64,000 bases of DNA, taken from positions 1 through 64,000 of IMG/VR virus record IMGVR_UViG_3300037466_002145; one strand, 5' to 3'. Position numbers and translations under genes: made by a program. Numbering within the stretch: position 1 is the stretch's first letter; the number at the start of each line of letters is the position of its first letter. This document shows, one piece after another, positions 10,544 to 20,952 of this stretch. Under the pieces are notes generated by a model that was given only the letters and a program-made list of their open reading frames with translations, did not search any database and had not been told where the DNA came from. This DNA comes from an uncultured virus (IMG/VR IMGVR_UViG_3300037466_002145) (Duplodnaviria > Heunggongvirae > Uroviricota > Caudoviricetes).

Positions 10544-11146
10544 TTATGTAATCCCCAACATGCGGCGAGATTCGTTCCACACAAAGCTTTTGTTTTTCTT
10601 TTGGAAGCGTTCGACAGGTAGCATCAAGACCATATCCCATTCTTGAGGATCAACCTGATAGAACTTGCTTTGACAATGTTGCCACAAGTAACGTTTGACG
10701 CAAGGCTTGAAGAAGCGCAGACGCGTTGCCGATTTGATTTGTTGATAGCTCAGGTTCAACTTGCGGTTTTCGTCAAGATGCTTGCTATGATAGATCGTGT
10801 AGAGACCGTCCAGAAGACGGGCACGCAAATCATAGGGTAGGTAATGAAGGTTTAGGCCCAGAAAGCCGTCCTTATAGAACTTGATTGGAATGACCAGCGG
10901 AAAAATATCGTAGTATGGTAGTTTTTTCTTGAGTTTTGGGTCATAGAAAAACAGATACATGCGCCCAATCGAACGCACGGTCATGTTCGCGCGAGGCACA
11001 AGGCGTTCGCGGTTGATATTCATAATCGCATTTGATCCGATCATGGACGCGGTCTTCGCGAACCATTCGCGCGCCTTGGCTACACTTTGAGTAAAGCGAG
11101 CTTTTTGTGCTTGGTATTTCTGTTCAAGAGCCCCGAGTAGACTCAT
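10544..11146 (-). CDS. gp2: DNA end protector protein
   Basis: YDPKLKKKLPYYDIFPLV..GFLGLNLHYLP..R, CVKRYL, LPVERF. Confidence 0.9.
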   Translation of the reverse strand: MSLLGALEQKYQAQKARFTQSVAKAREWFAKTASMIGSNAIMNINRERLVPRANMTVRSIGRMYLFFYDPKLKKKLPYYDIFPLVIPIKFYKDGFLGLNLHYLPYDLRARLLDGLYTIYHSKHLDENRKLNLSYQQIKSATRLRFFKPCVKRYLWQHCQSKFYQVDPQEWDMVLMLPVERFQKKNKSFVWNESRRMLGIT

Positions 11147-11613
11147 CTGGTTTTAATTCCTAACTGTTGCTCTGATAAAATCTCGAAAATGAAGCCGTTG
11201 CGTTGACACCACATGTCAGCGGCTTTCCACTTGGCTTGATTAATAAGGTAGGTTGTGTGTTCGTTGATTAGTTTCTTGCGGTTTTTGGTATTACGTTTCG
11301 GGGGAGCAACTTCCTTCGATGGTTTAATTTCAATGACAAAGGTCTTGATATCACCGCCTGGATACTTCTTCTTCACGAGGAAGTCAGGATAGTAGTGGTG
11401 CGTTCGCATATCGACAGGTGACGTGTAAGGAATTGAGAATTCTTCGCTGGACCAAGCTATGACAGAAGGATCGGCATCCAATTCACGCATGTATTTAAAT
11501 TCCCAACCGCTGCGATACTGGATATTGGCGACGTTACCGATATATTTTGAAGGGTTGAGGGGGTTGTACAATCCTTGCCGCCACCTCTTTTTTTCCTTTG
11601 TCTTCCAAACCAT
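11143..11613 (-). CDS. gp4: head completion nuclease (TnsA-like)
   Basis: NPSKYIG..YRSGWE..WSSEE..IPY..HHYYPDF..EIKP..NQAKW. Confidence 0.9.
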   Translation of the reverse strand: MVWKTKEKKRWRQGLYNPLNPSKYIGNVANIQYRSGWEFKYMRELDADPSVIAWSSEEFSIPYTSPVDMRTHHYYPDFLVKKKYPGGDIKTFVIEIKPSKEVAPPKRNTKNRKKLINEHTTYLINQAKWKAADMWCQRNGFIFEILSEQQLGIKTR

Positions 11614-11659
11614 CTAAATACTCGTTGAACTGAAATAACTAAACCTAACGAGTATTTAG
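11614..11659. promoter_or_regulatory. paired late promoters (CTAAATA) in a 13-bp inverted repeat
   Basis: CTAAATACTCGTT (11614-26) / AACGAGTATTTAG (11647-59) between divergent gp4 and gp48; resembles T4 late TATAAATA. Confidence 0.65.
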
Positions 11660-11666
11660 GACACTA

Positions 11667-12698
11667 ATGCCCATTACCCTCAACGAGGTTCCACAACAAA
11701 CCATCAATCAAGATACTGATGCTCTAAGTCGTGTCGTCCCTAACACGGGTCGAAACGACGTGGTGCAGAAGCTTGCGGCATGGAAACAAATCAATTCAGG
11801 GGCACATACGCTGCGATTTCCATCCGACTTGGGCAAATACTACATGCGTATTCAGTTGGCGGATTATAAACGTGCCAGCGCGACCAGCTTAACATTCACC
11901 CCTACAGCGACGATTGTCCTGCCAATGACGGCACAATTAGCCGACACCAATCAAGTCAGGTATGAGGAAGGGTCTCTTGGACCGCTTGGAGGTGAAATTG
12001 CCGACGCTACTTTAAAATATTTGAACAACGTCGCGAAATCGATGAATAACACTCAATTTTCCATAAGCGGTTTACAAAAAATACTTACTGCCACTGTTGG
12101 GGCAGACTTTAGTGGCCAGGGGTCACTTCGCCAAACTGATGGAACTGGAATTAGGGATGCTGGATTACTGACCGCAGGGAGATTTGTTAATGATGTTATT
12201 ACTTCAGCATCTGATGGAACTATTAAAATTCCCCTTGATGAAGCTATCGGTTTCGCAGGATTTGCGGTGAACCAATTCTTCGTGGTCCTTATGAAGGGAC
12301 CGACTTACAAGGAATACACGTTCCATTGGCGACTAATGCCGCGCAACGCAGGCGAATCTGACACCATCCGCAATATCATCACGACGTTGAACAACGCCGC
12401 GGCAGTTGGACTTACCGAAAGTAAATTGTTTTGGAAATTTCCTCAGGTTGCGCGTCTATCCTTTGTGCCCAATAGTTCATACTTATTCAAGTTCAAACCC
12501 GCCGTCATTGAATCAATTCAAGCCAATTATGCCCCACAAGGTTCGGCCGCTTTCTATCATTCAACAGGCGCACCCGAAGCCGTAGACCTTACAATCGTAT
12601 TCAAGGAAATGGAATACTGGTTGACTGGTGACTTCTCCAATGGGGATGACCCTGGTGCCTCCACCTTAGACACAAGCGGCGCGGGATTAGCAGGATGA
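11667..12698 (+). CDS. gp48: baseplate tail-tube cap
   Basis: N..F.GPTYKEYTFHWRLMPRN..E..I..I, FKPAVIESI..NYAP, F.EME. Confidence 0.75.
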   Translation: MPITLNEVPQQTINQDTDALSRVVPNTGRNDVVQKLAAWKQINSGAHTLRFPSDLGKYYMRIQLADYKRASATSLTFTPTATIVLPMTAQLADTNQVRYEEGSLGPLGGEIADATLKYLNNVAKSMNNTQFSISGLQKILTATVGADFSGQGSLRQTDGTGIRDAGLLTAGRFVNDVITSASDGTIKIPLDEAIGFAGFAVNQFFVVLMKGPTYKEYTFHWRLMPRNAGESDTIRNIITTLNNAAAVGLTESKLFWKFPQVARLSFVPNSSYLFKFKPAVIESIQANYAPQGSAAFYHSTGAPEAVDLTIVFKEMEYWLTGDFSNGDDPGASTLDTSGAGLAG

Positions 12699-13009
12699 CA
12701 CAGAATATAAAAGGCGGTTTTCTTGATACCATTGAAAGAGGCGCGTCCAAACTTTCTTCATCCCATGTCGCCAAGAAAATACGTGGACCTTACAGAAGTC
12801 CGAGCCTCAAGACACGATTGGGCGTTACTAAACTTAAGAAAAACTTTCGAAAGGCTACAGGTCTCAACGCAATTGCGCGATGGTCACCCTCGCGCGTTGG
12901 TCAACGCATAAAACAAAAATACGGATGGTATAGTGATTCCATGAAGGATTTGCGCGCCACTCTATCGTTCAATCGCTTCAATCCGTTCAATAGAATACCG
13001 AAACTATAA
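12695..13009 (+). CDS. small basic hypothetical protein
   Basis: ORF coupled (ATGA) to gp48; K/R-rich. Confidence 0.5.
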   Translation: MTQNIKGGFLDTIERGASKLSSSHVAKKIRGPYRSPSLKTRLGVTKLKKNFRKATGLNAIARWSPSRVGQRIKQKYGWYSDSMKDLRATLSFNRFNPFNRIPKL

Positions 13010-13018
13010 GGAACCTAA

Positions 13019-13279
13019 ATGATTATCTTTGGAATTGTCGCATGTTACTTTTCAACCTTGACTCAATGTGGTGCGGTCTATGACCATGTGAATATCTATG
13101 CAAGTCCCCAGGCGTGTTTGATGCATATAGATGACATGAAGGCCAAGGAACCCGACAAATTCACTGATGATGAAAAATTTAGGTCCAGCTATGTATGCAT
13201 GGAATTTCGCGGACCAAAAAAGAAGATAGTTCCTTTCCTCATGATGATGGAAGGGTACCATGCAAAGGAGAAAGCATAA
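13019..13279 (+). CDS. hypothetical protein
   Basis: RBS AAGGA; stop overlaps the PAAR start. Confidence 0.5.
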   Translation: MIIFGIVACYFSTLTQCGAVYDHVNIYASPQACLMHIDDMKAKEPDKFTDDEKFRSSYVCMEFRGPKKKIVPFLMMMEGYHAKEKA

Positions 13280-13566
13280 TGCCTAAGGCACATCGCGACG
13301 GCGATCTAAGGGCCTGTGACGCAACAACCGTTGTCGTCGGACAATCAACAGTCTTCGTGAACGGTAAGTTATGGGCGGTCAAAGATGACCCCAACACTCA
13401 TGCGGACGGCGGGCTCATTCCCACCAAATCAACGGTCTTCATTGAAGGTAAACCCGTTATCGTTCATACACCCGACTTAGCGAAAGTAGACGGTTTAGAG
13501 CACGTAGGTAGCGAAGACGAAACGGCGGAAGGTAGCGATAACGTGTATGCCTACGAGCAAACCTAA
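13279..13566 (+). CDS. PAAR spike-tip protein (gp5.4-like)
   Basis: MPKAHRDGD..C..QSTVFVNGK..D..H..STVFIEGK..GSDNV; ATG at 13279. Confidence 0.85.
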   Translation: MPKAHRDGDLRACDATTVVVGQSTVFVNGKLWAVKDDPNTHADGGLIPTKSTVFIEGKPVIVHTPDLAKVDGLEHVGSEDETAEGSDNVYAYEQT

Positions 13567-13753
13567 ACCAAGCAAGCTTGCGCGAAAACTCCTACACGAT
13601 GCCAACAAAATAACGGCCTGCCATAACTGCAAATTCAGTTGGATCAACCATGACACTGGATACGGCAAGTGCGGGCATTCACCCTTCCCGAAACCAATTG
13701 AAGAATGGGACACGTGCGTACATTGGGAAAATAAAGAGATAAAGAAAAAGTAA

Positions 13754-14179
13754 ATGGTAACCCGAGGTGATCGATTTACGATCAAAACCAAACAAATCGA
13801 AGCCTACAGCGACTTCACTACCAATTTCGCACTCAACCCTATAACAGGCTATCTGGCGCGCGTTACCAACGAAGACGCCGTAAAGCAGTCCATCAAGACA
13901 TTGCTTCTGACCCAACGCGGTGAACGTTTCTACAATGCGGCATGTGGATCGCGTCTGTACTCGCTTCTGTTCGAACCGATGGATGATGTGACCGAAACTT
14001 CCCTTAAGGAAGAAGTTGTGACGACCATCAAGAACAATGAACCGCGCGTTGGTAACATCGATTGCACAGTTGTCGGCAATCCTAATGCTGATCTTTACAA
14101 CATCAGCATTTCCTACTCCATCATAAATATTCCAACTCAAGTTTTTACCCTAAACCTTACCCTAAGTCGCGTGAGGTGA
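13754..14179 (+). CDS. gp25: baseplate wedge subunit gp25
   Basis: YSDF..NP.T..NEDAVKQSIK.LLLT..GER...LLFEP..EPRV. Confidence 0.9.
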   Translation: MVTRGDRFTIKTKQIEAYSDFTTNFALNPITGYLARVTNEDAVKQSIKTLLLTQRGERFYNAACGSRLYSLLFEPMDDVTETSLKEEVVTTIKNNEPRVGNIDCTVVGNPNADLYNISISYSIINIPTQVFTLNLTLSRVR

Positions 14180-14222
14180 CGGCCGCTGTTGTCTAAAATA
14201 AAACAAAAAAGAAAAGAATTAA

Positions 14223-16025
14223 ATGGCTGCTAATAACGTTTCTACTTCAATAAATCTTGTTGACTTAGATCAGGGCGCACTACTCAATGACTTTCGAAAT
14301 TACCTCCGTACTCAGGACATTTTCAAAGACTATGATTTCAAGGGTTCTGATATCAACATCCTTCTTGACGTTATGTCGTACAACACGTTCAAGAATGCCT
14401 TCTTTCTCAATATGGCATTCTCGGAACGCTGGTTGGACTCGGCACAATTGCGTTCAAGCATCTTCTCCCATGCCAAGGAACTGAACTACCTGCCGCGCTC
14501 GATGCGGAGCGCCAAGGCATCGGTGACCATCAATTTCACGGCGACGGGTGACCAAGCCCCTTACATCATTCCCAAGGGTGCGCAACTATCAACCATCGTC
14601 AAGTCAACAGCCTTGACCTTCTCAACCCCCGAAACCATCGTCGTATCGTCGGTTGATCAGAACTACACGTTTACCACGGATATCTACGAAGGCGTCTATG
14701 TTCGTGATCCCTACGTTTACACTCAAACCGATCAAAGATTCAAAATCACCAATCCCAACATCGATACCACGTCATTGACTGTCACGGTATTCGAGGATGG
14801 TTCAACCGTTGGTGACGTATACAAACAAGCAATGACCCTTCTGGACCTTGACGAGTTCAGTAAGGTGTTCTTTGTGCAAACAAGTGAGACAGGAAGTTAT
14901 GAAGTTATATTTGGCGATAATATCTTGGGCCGTAGACCAAAGTTTGGAGCGGCTATCGCCTTTGATTATCGAATTTCAAAAGGCAGCGAGGGTAATGGCG
15001 CTAAACAATTTAGCGTTGATTTTGACCCTACTGGAGTTGCAGAGCTTACAGGGTCTCCAACCATTGAAGTCATCGAAGCATCCAATAATGGAACTGACGC
15101 TGAAACAAATGAGTCCATCAAATACTACGCGCCCCGTAGTTATCAGGTTCAGGAACGCACAGTCACAGCAACCGATTACGAAGTCGCGCTAAAGCAACAG
15201 TTTCCCGAAATCAATGCCGTCGCAGTCTATGGCGGTGAAGAACTCGATCCGCCCATCTTCGGTAAGGTGTTCATCGCCATCGATATCAAGGATGTGGACG
15301 GCTTGCCCGACTCCAAGCGGGATCAGTATTTTTCGTTTCTGAAGTCCCGCGCGCCGTTCTCGATTGATCCGCAGTTCATTGATGCCGACTTCATGTATTT
15401 GGCCATCGATACGCTTATTCGTTACAACATCAACGTCACGACGAACTCAGCCAACCGCATGAAGGCCATTGTCGCAGATACAATCAATAGCTTTAACAAG
15501 GTCAACCTGAACGACTTCAATGTGATCTTTCGCAACTCGATTTTCTCCAAGGCAATCGACAATGCGGATACTTCTATCATTTCGAACATCACCAATGTTG
15601 CGGTCTACAAGAAGGTCAACCCGTCGCTTACCAAGTCGAACAACTTCGATATCAACTTCGGAATCGCCATCGAGTCTGACATTCCCGCAAAAAACAAGAT
15701 TTACCCCGCGATTGACGACAAAGCCGTCTGGTCATCATCCTTCACATTCCAGAATCAGACTTGCACAATCGAAGACGACGGCAATGGCGTACTCAACATC
15801 GTCAAACCTCAACAAGGTAACAAAATCGTTGTGGTTAGTGTTGGCACGGTCGATTACAAAAACGGTTTTGTCTCATTAAAAGACTTTTCCTTGACCAACT
15901 ATGACGGTTCGGCCCTGAAGATTTATGTCTCGCCAGCCGACAAGGATATTTTGGCTTCGAAAAATAACGTCATGCTTATCGATCCAACCGACGTAACAAT
16001 CGCAGTCGAGACACTTAGAATCTAA
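14223..16025 (+). CDS. gp6: baseplate wedge subunit gp6
   Basis: FKDYDFKGS..LLD..YNT, LDSAQLRSS..AKELNY.PRS, Q.R.VT..DY. Confidence 0.9.
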   Translation: MAANNVSTSINLVDLDQGALLNDFRNYLRTQDIFKDYDFKGSDINILLDVMSYNTFKNAFFLNMAFSERWLDSAQLRSSIFSHAKELNYLPRSMRSAKASVTINFTATGDQAPYIIPKGAQLSTIVKSTALTFSTPETIVVSSVDQNYTFTTDIYEGVYVRDPYVYTQTDQRFKITNPNIDTTSLTVTVFEDGSTVGDVYKQAMTLLDLDEFSKVFFVQTSETGSYEVIFGDNILGRRPKFGAAIAFDYRISKGSEGNGAKQFSVDFDPTGVAELTGSPTIEVIEASNNGTDAETNESIKYYAPRSYQVQERTVTATDYEVALKQQFPEINAVAVYGGEELDPPIFGKVFIAIDIKDVDGLPDSKRDQYFSFLKSRAPFSIDPQFIDADFMYLAIDTLIRYNINVTTNSANRMKAIVADTINSFNKVNLNDFNVIFRNSIFSKAIDNADTSIISNITNVAVYKKVNPSLTKSNNFDINFGIAIESDIPAKNKIYPAIDDKAVWSSSFTFQNQTCTIEDDGNGVLNIVKPQQGNKIVVVSVGTVDYKNGFVSLKDFSLTNYDGSALKIYVSPADKDILASKNNVMLIDPTDVTIAVETLRI

Positions 16026-16678
16026 TGGCCATAGACACGCATCGCGGCTTTAATATCAACGTCTTTCGGGCGGCGATCAACGAACTGAACATCGCCCGCC
16101 CCAACCTGTTCCTGGTGGAATTTAGCGTTCCACAGGGGTTGACGACGGCTGGACAGGGAATGCTGACAACCGTCAAGACACTCGAATACTGGTGCGAAGT
16201 CGCGGCCCTTCCTGGTGTGCAAATTCAAACCTATCCAGGCCAACGCTACGGTTACGGCAATTACGAAACGCGCGCCTTACTCAATGCCTTTGCCGAGCTT
16301 GGGGTTGATATCTTCTTCGATACCAACGCTGCCAACTGGCAATTCTTTGCCGATTGGATGAACCTGATTATCAATCGTAATGGACAGAATGGTCCGTTGG
16401 CGCAATCAGGTCCAAACGGCGCATCCCAAAACGAATTGGAGTATCGCGACAACTTTGTGGCCGATGTGGGTGTCTACATATTCGATCCCATGGGCAATGT
16501 CATCAAACACATTATCATGAGAGACGCCTTCCCCAAGGCCATTGGCGACATTCGTCTTGGTTGGGGGGAACTCAACTCAATCATGCGCCTGCCCGTGCAA
16601 TTTGCTTACAACGACTGGTACGAAGCTCCTGTCCAAAACGCCTTACCTACGGTTCCTGCGCTTCCACCATTGAAATAA
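16025..16678 (+). CDS. tail tube initiator (gp54/gp19 fold)
   Basis: ARPNLF.V, C..AALPG, DAFPK.IG.I.L.W, V.F.Y.W. Confidence 0.7.
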   Translation: MAIDTHRGFNINVFRAAINELNIARPNLFLVEFSVPQGLTTAGQGMLTTVKTLEYWCEVAALPGVQIQTYPGQRYGYGNYETRALLNAFAELGVDIFFDTNAANWQFFADWMNLIINRNGQNGPLAQSGPNGASQNELEYRDNFVADVGVYIFDPMGNVIKHIIMRDAFPKAIGDIRLGWGELNSIMRLPVQFAYNDWYEAPVQNALPTVPALPPLK

Positions 16679-16693
16679 TAATTTGGAGATTTA

Positions 16694-17395
16694 ATGCTAC
16701 CTACTCTGACTCATCCGCTATTCACCGTGACCATACCATCCACCAAGAAACAGGCCAAACTACGGCCCATGTTGGTGAAGGAAGAAAAGATACTTCTCAT
16801 GGCCAAGGAATCTACCGACGCCATGGCCGTCATGTTGGCCGTCAAACAGATTGTTCAGAACTGCATCGGTGACAAGGTTGATATCGACAATCTGACGCTA
16901 TTCGATATCGACTACCTGTTCATTCAGATACGGTCGAACTCTATCGATCCGACCATCAAGGTCACGGTCGAAAAGAACGGCAAACCCTATGAACAGATCG
17001 TCAACTTATCTGAGGTTCAAGTCAAGTTTCCCGAGGGTGTTGATAAGGTCATCAAGTTTGGTAAGGATCAAGCCATAACGCTGAAGTATCCCGAAGCCAA
17101 GTTGTATGAATCGCCCGAGTTACAGGATGTGACCAGCACGGAAAAGCTGATTGAGGAATTGATGTTCAACTGTTTCGAAAGTTACGCCGAAAAGGATAAA
17201 ATCTATAACTTCAACGAAGCCACGCGTGAAGAAGCCTTGACCTTCATCGATAACCTGCCCGTTGACGTGTATGGTAAGGTCTTCAAGTTTTTTGAAAACA
17301 TGCCTCATATATTCTATGAAGTAAAATTCAAAAATGAGGAAGGAAAAGAGGAAGCAATTCCGCTTACGAAGTTAAACGATTTTTTTTCCTTTTAA
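16694..17395 (+). CDS. gp26: baseplate hub assembly protein gp26
   Basis: IPST..RPMLVKEEKILLMA, FDIDYLFIQIRS.S, C-terminal DFF. Confidence 0.85.
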   Translation: MLPTLTHPLFTVTIPSTKKQAKLRPMLVKEEKILLMAKESTDAMAVMLAVKQIVQNCIGDKVDIDNLTLFDIDYLFIQIRSNSIDPTIKVTVEKNGKPYEQIVNLSEVQVKFPEGVDKVIKFGKDQAITLKYPEAKLYESPELQDVTSTEKLIEELMFNCFESYAEKDKIYNFNEATREEALTFIDNLPVDVYGKVFKFFENMPHIFYEVKFKNEEGKEEAIPLTKLNDFFSF

Positions 17396-17553
17396 TGCAG
17401 CGCAATTCGCTGCAACTGTACTACAAAAATCATTTCATGATGAAACTCATGTATAACTTCTCGATTCCAGAAATTGAGAACATGATGCCTTGGGAACGTG
17501 ACATGTACATTGACATGATCAACGCCGAAGAAAAGAAGAAAGAACGTGCCTAA
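17395..17553 (+). CDS. gp51: baseplate hub assembly catalyst gp51-like (52 aa)
   Basis: Below ORF-track cutoff; MQRNSLQLYYKNHFMMKLMYNFSIPEIENMMPWERDMYI matches the EIENM.PWER motif. Confidence 0.75.
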   Translation: MQRNSLQLYYKNHFMMKLMYNFSIPEIENMMPWERDMYIDMINAEEKKKERA

Positions 17554-20500
17554 TACCCTTGGTTCTGGCCTTAAGACGCTTGCAGGAATGGTCTTCAACA
17601 CGAAACCCGTTGAAGCCCCTAAATCGACTACGGCCAAGGCTCCAAAAGTTGTCGTCACCCCGCCCGTCATTCCAACACAGACGGCAGTCAAAGTCTCTAC
17701 ATCAGGTGTCGAGGCTCCAGGGCAAGCCTATATCACTCAGGGCGCAACCTATGCCTATGACCGTATCCTTGCGCAGATCGGTGTCAATCAACGCTGGCGT
17801 CGTATCGGCAAAAGTGCGGCTGACCAGATCAATGATCAGTCACACGAACTTATCGACGTAAGCGTTGAATCCGACAACATTCAAAGCAACTTCGATGTAA
17901 TTCAGGAACAATTTGCGGTCGTCTCCAATTTCATGATTGGGCTCGATAGCAAATTCACCCTCTTTGAAGGGAACATCAAGAAGGGTCTTGCTGATATTCT
18001 CAGCGAGGGCGTCAAGTCTCAATCGAAGATCGTCAGTCAGGTCAACACTCAACTTGAGACCTTTGACGATAACATGGAAGCGCTGCAAAAGCGCATCGAT
18101 GACCAAGATCGCCAAATCGATGAAATGTTCGCGAAGTCGAAAAGGAATGACGACCTTGCCGAACAATTAAAAAAAAATCAAGAACAGTTAGCCCTATCAA
18201 AGGACGTTTCCCAAAAATCCGAACCCGCTAAAGTAGTCAAGAAAGACGACGCGGGAAGTATTACCAAAAGCGTTATTGAAAACCTTTTTGAGGATTATCT
18301 TCTCTACAAAGGGGCCACTAAACTTGCCCCGATGATATTGAGTACCGTCACCCGAGCCTTTCCATGGGTTGTCGGTCTCGTGTCTCTTTATGAACTGTAT
18401 AAAGGCGGCGCGTTCGACCCCCTATTCAACGTCTGGGGGGATGCCAAACGGGCTGGCAAACCACACTCATGGTGGGAAAAGTTCACAGGCTCGGAAACTC
18501 GCGACAACATGGCGGGAATGCGTGAAGCTGAAGCCAACAAGAACAAACCCGAAAAAGACGAAGACTTACAACTTCCCCTAAGATATATCGCAGGCGATAT
18601 TATCAAGGTTCAGGCAGCCAACCGTCTTTTGCTCAAGGCTAAAGTCCTTCGCATCGAAGCCGACCGTATCGAATGGGCTGTCAAAGAGGGCAGCGGTATT
18701 GGTGGCGGAAGTGGTAAAGCGACGGCCGATCCCAAAGATAGTATTGTCGGCGGCATGTCTGAGACAGCGACTGGTAACAATCAGTCTGTCTTGGGATACC
18801 TTGGATCAAAGGTTGGTAGTTTCTTTGCGGGCGGCCAACAACAAACCACAAGCACTCCAGGACTTTTCGGTCTTGGCCAACGCATGGGTCAAATGGAAGG
18901 GTTTCACAATGCTGTACCGCTTGGTGCCGAGTCCCTGCGTGGACGATTTGGTCCTGGATTTAGCGAGTTCGGCAACGGACTTCTAGGTGGTGGTCATCCT
19001 GGAGCGCGTGGCGGCGGTGGCGGTGGTGCAGGAGGTGGAGATTATACACCCGCGCCGACAAAAGTAGACCCTAAGCGAAACGCATTGCAAGATACTCTTG
19101 AGCCTAGACCATCAGGCGGTCCTGGAAGTTCACGTTTTCTTGCCGAGCAACGTTCTCATTTCTTCGATGAATTGGATAAGAATCCAAAGCTTCGTGATGA
19201 AGTCATGCGTTCGATCCGTTCAGAGAATGGCAAGAGTTCCCAATCCATGTCAGAAGTCTTGGAGTCCATGGTGAACCGTGCTGATATGCATGGATACAAA
19301 TCACTGGAACAACAACTTCACGATGGTTTTTATGGTCCTATTAATCGTGGTGATCGCGCATTTACGCGCCCATTGTCAGAAAAAGAAAGAGCAATGGGTG
19401 AAGACGCCATTGCAAAAGTCAGAGGTGGTTCCAACGCTATTGATTTCCGTACCGACCAAGGCATGTTAACTGACCCTGGTAGTCGAGAATATATGGCTGA
19501 ACCCGACCATGGTGGGCATATCGTAGCCTCAGGTGAAAACTACTTCTTCATGGGAAAGAAGGGGCGTGATTGGGCAGCGCGAATGCGTGCTGGTGACGCT
19601 GAATTCGAACGTACCCATCCTGTTCAAAAAGAGGGTGAATTCACTTCACTTCAAGCAATGAACAAGATCGAAGGCCCGAAAGGAAAGATCGCCAAAATTT
19701 TGGCAGGGTCAAAAAAGAGTGCGCAAGCTATTGCTGATGCAGAAACTGCCAAACTTGTGCATGGTATTCCCAATCGAATTGTCGAAACTGCACGCCAGAT
19801 CGCAACTGCCAAAGGTCCAGGCGCAGTTGAACAGTTTATGGCTCAACAAGGCTATCCAAAATCTGGGGCATGGTGTGGAAAATTTGCAGCCTCGGTTATT
19901 ACAGCGGCTGGCGGTACTCCACCTAAGAACCCGCAACTTGCGTCCAATTGGAGAAACTACGGGGTACTTGATCCTAATGGTCCACACCCTGGAGATATTG
20001 CGGTGAGAAAACCGCAATTTCATTCGAGTTTGGGTGACGGGCGCACAGGGAATGCAGGATCGCACGTCACTATCGTCAATACGTTTGATCCAAAAAACCC
20101 TAACAGATTTGGTTCGATTGGCGGCAATCAAGGCGCTTTAGTTACTTCTATGCCAACCAATCAATATGATTTCTATAGTCCGTCACTTCCACCTAAGGAA
20201 GTAACAACACCCAATGCCACAAAGGTAGAAGTTCCAACAACACCTGTTGCCGTCGAACATCCTACTTCAATGACTCATGAACAATTTAAGGATCGCGTTC
20301 ATACTACCCGAACTGATCCCAATTCTTCATTATTCGGACTTGGCAAAGCAATTGCGGATACAGATTTCAAGTCGGCATTGAAACCCGTCACACCCGTTAC
20401 GACCAATCGCGCGGGTAATGGTGCAATTCTTGATCGTATGACTCATGCTCAATTCAAGCAACGGGTAGCCATGGCTGGCGATCATGAACATCATGATCCC

Positions 20501-20875
20501 AATGCGCAAAAGGCGATGAATGGCGCTATTCTCAGTCGTGCGCTTCCTCATAAGGATATGAAGGAACGCGTGCATACGGCGCGTGAAGGAGTTGCCAACC
20601 GTCAGACAAATACCAATGGCGCAATTCTGGATAGGAAGAAGCCATCAGGACCGCAAGTCAAAGCCGCTGATCCTAATGCGCAAAAGAATACCAATGGCGC
20701 TATCCTGGATCGGAAGAAGCCTGAACCTCCACAAGGTAAAGCCGAGACAAGCTCTAAGCCAAAAGACTATACCAATCAATTTAGTGCATCGCCATCATCG
20801 AGTAATGCGGGCGACTCGATTCCACCGTCTGAATCCGATGATGGTTCGGGTGATTACGGGAATTGCTTGATATGA
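17546..20875 (+). CDS. gp29-like hub/tape measure with CHAP/NlpC-P60-like domain and C-terminal repeats
   Basis: Follows gp26-gp51; coiled coil, Gly-rich linker, WCGKF..PGDIAV..SHVT..GGNQ motif, NGAIL(D/S)R repeats. Confidence 0.65.
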   Translation: MPNTLGSGLKTLAGMVFNTKPVEAPKSTTAKAPKVVVTPPVIPTQTAVKVSTSGVEAPGQAYITQGATYAYDRILAQIGVNQRWRRIGKSAADQINDQSHELIDVSVESDNIQSNFDVIQEQFAVVSNFMIGLDSKFTLFEGNIKKGLADILSEGVKSQSKIVSQVNTQLETFDDNMEALQKRIDDQDRQIDEMFAKSKRNDDLAEQLKKNQEQLALSKDVSQKSEPAKVVKKDDAGSITKSVIENLFEDYLLYKGATKLAPMILSTVTRAFPWVVGLVSLYELYKGGAFDPLFNVWGDAKRAGKPHSWWEKFTGSETRDNMAGMREAEANKNKPEKDEDLQLPLRYIAGDIIKVQAANRLLLKAKVLRIEADRIEWAVKEGSGIGGGSGKATADPKDSIVGGMSETATGNNQSVLGYLGSKVGSFFAGGQQQTTSTPGLFGLGQRMGQMEGFHNAVPLGAESLRGRFGPGFSEFGNGLLGGGHPGARGGGGGGAGGGDYTPAPTKVDPKRNALQDTLEPRPSGGPGSSRFLAEQRSHFFDELDKNPKLRDEVMRSIRSENGKSSQSMSEVLESMVNRADMHGYKSLEQQLHDGFYGPINRGDRAFTRPLSEKERAMGEDAIAKVRGGSNAIDFRTDQGMLTDPGSREYMAEPDHGGHIVASGENYFFMGKKGRDWAARMRAGDAEFERTHPVQKEGEFTSLQAMNKIEGPKGKIAKILAGSKKSAQAIADAETAKLVHGIPNRIVETARQIATAKGPGAVEQFMAQQGYPKSGAWCGKFAASVITAAGGTPPKNPQLASNWRNYGVLDPNGPHPGDIAVRKPQFHSSLGDGRTGNAGSHVTIVNTFDPKNPNRFGSIGGNQGALVTSMPTNQYDFYSPSLPPKEVTTPNATKVEVPTTPVAVEHPTSMTHEQFKDRVHTTRTDPNSSLFGLGKAIADTDFKSALKPVTPVTTNRAGNGAILDRMTHAQFKQRVAMAGDHEHHDPNAQKAMNGAILSRALPHKDMKERVHTAREGVANRQTNTNGAILDRKKPSGPQVKAADPNAQKNTNGAILDRKKPEPPQGKAETSSKPKDYTNQFSASPSSSNAGDSIPPSESDDGSGDYGNCLI

Positions 20876-20952
20876 AACCAAATTTACCATAAGTAAATAC
20901 TTGAAAAACTACTTGACTGACGTATATTAGACACAAAGGAGAACTTTGTGTT

